This document shows, piece by piece, positions 23,682 to 27,042 of a stretch of DNA of 27,042 nt. Position 1 is the stretch's first letter; each line of letters begins with the position of its first letter. This DNA comes from a virus (Duplodnaviria > Caudoviricetes). The notes below the pieces were generated by a model. The model saw only the letters and a list, made by a program, of their open reading frames with translations. It had not been told where the DNA came from and ran no database searches. Both the position numbers and the translations under genes were made by a program. The DNA lies in IMG/VR virus record IMGVR_UViG_3300020398_000222, positions 1-27,042 of that record. One strand, 5' to 3'.

Positions 23682-24281
23682 ATGACTACATGGGTGTGTT
23701 TAAAAATTTCAGCCGCAGATGGATATAGTTCATGGAGGAGGAAGAAGGAGGCATCGGTGATTGAAATTAATCATTGGTATCTTGATAGAGAAGTACATGA
23801 TTATTTTGGGCTTGATGATATAGAAATATTAGATATGGTTAAATTACGAGTTGATACAATATGGGAGTCTATCGGGGAAGTTGAGACATCATTATCGGTT
23901 CCCAGGCTTGATATAAAAGCTACAGATACGAAAGGTTGGAAATGGGGTAGTGGTGAAATTATTATGAAAAAAGAAGAATTTGAAAACTATAATTGGAAAG
24001 AAAGTAAAGAGTTTTTAGCATCGGATTATGAATTTGAATTGGGTTCATTATCTGATGTGGGTTGGTCTGATATTGAATTTAAGAATCTCCATGAAGAAAA
24101 TGAAGCAGATGAATCAGACCTTTATGGTATTGTGAGAGATTATGGAGAACTTGAAGATTATGAAGTTTGGTTTATTGGACCAATTAATGTTGAAATTGTA
24201 TCTGACTGGTATGGTCACGAACTAATTCGTGATATGTACCAGCAGAAATTGTTAAACATAGGAGATAAAACAGATGTTTAA
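23682..24281 (+). CDS. Hypothetical acidic protein
   Basis: AAGGAG RBS; 199 aa. Confidence 0.6.
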   Translation: MTTWVCLKISAADGYSSWRRKKEASVIEINHWYLDREVHDYFGLDDIEILDMVKLRVDTIWESIGEVETSLSVPRLDIKATDTKGWKWGSGEIIMKKEEFENYNWKESKEFLASDYEFELGSLSDVGWSDIEFKNLHEENEADESDLYGIVRDYGELEDYEVWFIGPINVEIVSDWYGHELIRDMYQQKLLNIGDKTDV

Positions 24282-24537
24282 AAGTTATTGGGAATATCAT
24301 AAGGAGTTATCATATCATAAGTGTTTTGAAATGCAAATCATATATTCAAATTATACATGGGTGGTATTTAAATTTAATATAACACGAAATGTAGACCATC
24401 CTGAAATTTCATTTGAAGTGGGCGCATTTGGTTATGAATTTTTGATGAAGATTTATGACACTCGGCATTTTCCTCGACCTGATGCAATTCGAACTAGACC
24501 GTTTGAGGGAGATGCCGATTTACCGTGGAATGAGTAG
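24274..24537 (+). CDS. Hypothetical protein
   Basis: GGAG RBS; overlaps the upstream stop. Confidence 0.55.
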   Translation: MFKSYWEYHKELSYHKCFEMQIIYSNYTWVVFKFNITRNVDHPEISFEVGAFGYEFLMKIYDTRHFPRPDAIRTRPFEGDADLPWNE

Positions 24538-24605
24538 AATCTTTATCTATTTTTAGTAATATGTTACAAATATCTTTATAATTGAGAGTATTCTTTAAAA
24601 AACTC

Positions 24606-24634
24606 TTGACATTCCGTCATGAATATGAGATGAT
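24606..24634 (+). promoter_or_regulatory. Early-promoter-like repeat, copy 1
   Basis: TTGACA-TTCCGTCATGAATATGA-GATGAT; nearly identical to 25429-25457. Confidence 0.55.
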
Positions 24635-24709
24635 GTGTCTGTGGCTGAATGGTAAGGCATCGGATTGCAAATCCGTTATTTGCAGGTTCAAATCCTGTCG
24701 GACACTCCA
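24635..24709 (+). tRNA. tRNA-Cys(GCA)
   Basis: Acceptor GTGTCTG/CGGACAC, discriminator T, CCA; anticodon loop TTGCAAA (GCA 24667-24669); T arm GCAGG-TTCAAAT-CCTGT. Confidence 0.95.
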
Positions 24710-24747
24710 CAATCGTTAGTTTAATTCCAAAAAAATGAAAAAAACTC

Positions 24748-24776
24748 TTGACATCCTCTAGGAATTTCTGTATAAT
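24748..24776 (+). promoter_or_regulatory. Consensus sigma70 (early) promoter
   Basis: TTGACA-17 nt-TATAAT with an upstream A tract. Confidence 0.85.
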
Positions 24777-24819
24777 ATGATCTGTGAGTGAGTGATGACA
24801 ACCCTTTTGGAGATTGATT

Positions 24820-25155
24820 ATGGCGTTTGCTGATTCTTCTACTTGTTTCAATATTGGTGATAGTTCAATCATCGGCGGTTTTAATGGAGCGAGGTCTGGA
24901 AAGTTCTTTGAATTTTCTAGTGCTAAGGACGAGGACTATGCGTTTGGCTGTGTTCCTTCAGATTTCATCCATCGTGTTTGGGTCACCAATGCATGGGAAA
25001 TGGACCGTGGATATAGAATGGCCAAGGTTCTGAAAACTGTTGCGTATATTCTTGTCGATGAAGATGAAATGTCAGGTGCGCCAATCATTGAGAAATGGAG
25101 CATTAAAGGTCATACTGAGTATGAGAGGCCGGTCGAGAAGGGGTTCTATCGATAG
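24820..25155 (+). CDS. Hypothetical early protein
   Basis: First ORF after the consensus promoter; GGAG RBS before ATG 24820. Confidence 0.65.
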   Translation: MAFADSSTCFNIGDSSIIGGFNGARSGKFFEFSSAKDEDYAFGCVPSDFIHRVWVTNAWEMDRGYRMAKVLKTVAYILVDEDEMSGAPIIEKWSIKGHTEYERPVEKGFYR

Positions 25156-25173
25156 GAAAAGGGTTCTATCGAT
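25141..25173 (+). repeat. 13-bp direct repeat with 20-nt period at a gene end
   Basis: GGGTTCTATCGAT at 25141 and 25161. Confidence 0.85.
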
Positions 25174-25206
25174 TAGTATTTTGAAAATTCATTACTGAGA
25201 TATGCA

Positions 25207-25410
25207 ATGAAAATGAAACTGGAATGTCAGGAATGTGACAAGACATTTACGAGAAGCACCAAGAGTGCATTTCCGAGGTGCCCAAGGTGTGATTCGGAAG
25301 ACCTCTACCCCGTTGGTTGGGTACGGCCGAAGACTGCAACGGCTCAAACCAAAGCAGTAAGACAATGTTTTCAGAAGACGAGACCTCAAAGATACAGTGA
25401 TTATTTTTAG
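25207..25410 (+). CDS. Small zinc-ribbon protein
   Basis: CQECDKTF...CPRCDSEDL. Confidence 0.65.
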   Translation: MKMKLECQECDKTFTRSTKSAFPRCPRCDSEDLYPVGWVRPKTATAQTKAVRQCFQKTRPQRYSDYF

Positions 25411-25428
25411 TTTAATCAAACAAAACAC

Positions 25429-25457
25429 TTGACATCCTGTCATGAATATGAGATAAT
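25429..25457 (+). promoter_or_regulatory. Early-promoter-like repeat, copy 2
   Basis: TTGACA-17 nt-GATAAT with TG extension, ahead of the HNH gene. Confidence 0.7.
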
Positions 25458-25477
25458 AATATCTTAAAAAAGTGAAT

Positions 25478-26053
25478 ATGCCAACCTCAAAAATAAGAAA
25501 TTCACAAGCAAGACAAATAGCCAAAGAAAATGGCGATAAATTTTATGAAGGAAACCCCTGTGAGAAGGGACATACTAAAAAACGAACATTGGGGTATTCG
25601 TGTGTGGAATGTAAAAGAATATCATATCAGAACTGGTATAGAAAAAATAAAGAGGAATTATTAAAAAAGCATAAAATTTACGATGCTAAACCAGAAAATA
25701 GGAAACGACAAGCTACATACAAGAGGGAACGATACAACAAAAACCCTGTAATTAGAACTAAAGACCTTCTAAGCAGGCACCTACGTCATTTCACCAAAAG
25801 AAGGGGAGAAACAAAAACAGGAAGAACAGAAGAATTACTTGGATATACAGTAAAAGAACTAAATACACATTTAGAATCATTATTTAAAGATGGCATGACA
25901 TGGGCTAATCAAGGAGAGTGGCATATAGACCATAGAATACCCCAATCTTACTTTACATCTATAGACCAACTTAAAGAATGTTTTGCATTAAGTAATCTTA
26001 AACCAGAATGGGCTAGCTGGAATATTAGTAAGGGAAATAGATTTATAGGATGA
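25478..26053 (+). CDS. HNH-type (homing) endonuclease
   Basis: WHIDHRIP...SNLKPEWASWNISKG; N-terminal C..GH...CVEC zinc motif and basic helix. Confidence 0.8.
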   Translation: MPTSKIRNSQARQIAKENGDKFYEGNPCEKGHTKKRTLGYSCVECKRISYQNWYRKNKEELLKKHKIYDAKPENRKRQATYKRERYNKNPVIRTKDLLSRHLRHFTKRRGETKTGRTEELLGYTVKELNTHLESLFKDGMTWANQGEWHIDHRIPQSYFTSIDQLKECFALSNLKPEWASWNISKGNRFIG

Positions 26054-26129
26054 AAAAAATAAATATATGCATAAAGTTAAAAAAATGAATATGTTATATA
26101 ATTTAGAAACTTAAAAAAGGAAAAATAAA

Positions 26130-26714
26130 ATGTCTCATTATGAAGAACAATATGCAGAGTTTGGTCCAAATTGGCTCAATGCAGAGTTTAGTGCATTGTG
26201 TGTTGAGTTGAACAAAGCAGTCGCTAATAAAGACCCCAAGAAGTTTGCAGAAATTGAAAAGAAACTTGCTGAACTTCCGCTTAGTGGGCATGTTGATGTA
26301 ACTGATACTGAAGATGGTCAAGAGGTGACAGTCACCCTTGATGGGCAAGCAGATTCTTACGAAGAAAGAATCAAACCAGATTGGGATGCAACTGATTCTA
26401 TGGTCCCTCCATTCGCTTCAGGACATGTAACTGAAGATGAATCAACATATGATAGGTTTGATTTGGAAGATAAAATTCAAAATGTATGGATTACTTCTGA
26501 AGATGTGGATACTATACTCTTTAGAGTTTCAGACGACCCTGATGGACCACCTAGTGAAGACCAATTAGCAAATTTATTAATTGGGCTTAAAGAAATGCAT
26601 GATTCTCGTTGTAGGAAACTCATGCATGTTTTTGAAACTATGATTCATGATAATTGTTTCGGAGACAAATATAATGCAAAAGGAGTGCATTGTCCGCTTA
26701 AAGAAAAACTATAA
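26130..26714 (+). CDS. Hypothetical acidic phage protein
   Basis: AAGGA RBS; 194 aa. Confidence 0.65.
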   Translation: MSHYEEQYAEFGPNWLNAEFSALCVELNKAVANKDPKKFAEIEKKLAELPLSGHVDVTDTEDGQEVTVTLDGQADSYEERIKPDWDATDSMVPPFASGHVTEDESTYDRFDLEDKIQNVWITSEDVDTILFRVSDDPDGPPSEDQLANLLIGLKEMHDSRCRKLMHVFETMIHDNCFGDKYNAKGVHCPLKEKL

Positions 26715-26733
26715 TTTTATTCAACATAAGTAA

Positions 26734-26916
26734 ATGGGTACTAAAAAAGAAGTAGAAGAATATGATGTATGTGTATCTTGTGGGGACCAAACTATTTACA
26801 AGAAAACAGATAATATTGTATATCGTAATGGGTACATAGAAGGTGCAGGACAACTTTGTGTTGACTGTTCACAAATAAGGAAACGACTTCAATCCGTTAA
26901 TGAATCGTTGAGTTAA
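26734..26916 (+). CDS. Small zinc-finger protein
   Basis: CVSCG...YIEGAGQLCVDC. Confidence 0.6.
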   Translation: MGTKKEVEEYDVCVSCGDQTIYKKTDNIVYRNGYIEGAGQLCVDCSQIRKRLQSVNESLS

Positions 26917-26940
26917 CTATTAACTATGAATGGAGAAGAT

Positions 26941-27042
26941 ATGGAACATGATTGCAACAGTTATACAAAAGCAATAGTAACATACATTGCAGTACTCAAA
27001 GCTGAAATATCACATTTGAAAACACAACTTGAACCTCATGAC
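26941..27042 (+). CDS. Hypothetical protein, truncated by window end
   Basis: GGAG RBS, ATG 26941, open to the last base. Confidence 0.5.
   Translation, partial: MEHDCNSYTKAIVTYIAVLKAEISHLKTQLEPHD

Noticed and set aside
3303-26348. Remaining minus-strand and alternate-frame ORFs in the track (e.g. 8265-8720, 12723-13163, 20377-20670, 20380-20676, 22868-23080, 24827-25033)
   Set aside because: They overlap better-supported + strand genes and lack RBS or motifs.
1-27042. Stop-codon reassignment
   Set aside because: Recognisable genes are full length in the standard code and end in TAA, TAG and TGA.
1-27042. Bacterial chromosome origin
   Set aside because: Host-like genes occur singly without their operon partners, amid T4-type late promoters and phage-type small ORFs on one strand; a cellular origin is unlikely but not formally excluded.

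Overview
AT-rich, densely coding window with essentially all credible genes on the + strand. Repeated TATAAATA boxes (T4-type late promoters), MKTF-type N-termini, a gp67-like protein, a GTA-type holin and strings of small ORFs point to an accessory region of a large T4-like phage, probably aquatic (inference; no major capsid, terminase or polymerase gene is present). Host-like genes include purN, an AsnRS-like catalytic-domain-only protein, a c-type cytochrome, an AapJ-like amino-acid binding protein, a class 3 lipase, SbmA/BacA, HtrA, an orphan Pycsar-type membrane domain, a secreted nuclease, iscA, iscU, bS21, two sugar epimerases, a radical SAM enzyme, an ExbB/TolQ-like module, a half-size Na/Pi cotransporter, tRNA-Cys and an HNH nuclease. 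The most notable observations are: (1) the AsnRS-like gene ends inside a non-canonical GTT tRNA, suggesting a dedicated synthetase-paralog/tRNA pair; (2) a 36-aa metallothionein-like ORF absent from the ORF track; (3) two tandem genes with a shared 70-aa N-terminus and unrelated GC-rich C-termini, each followed by a 26-nt hairpin; (4) marked GATC avoidance. All product calls come from motif recognition by eye, not database searches.
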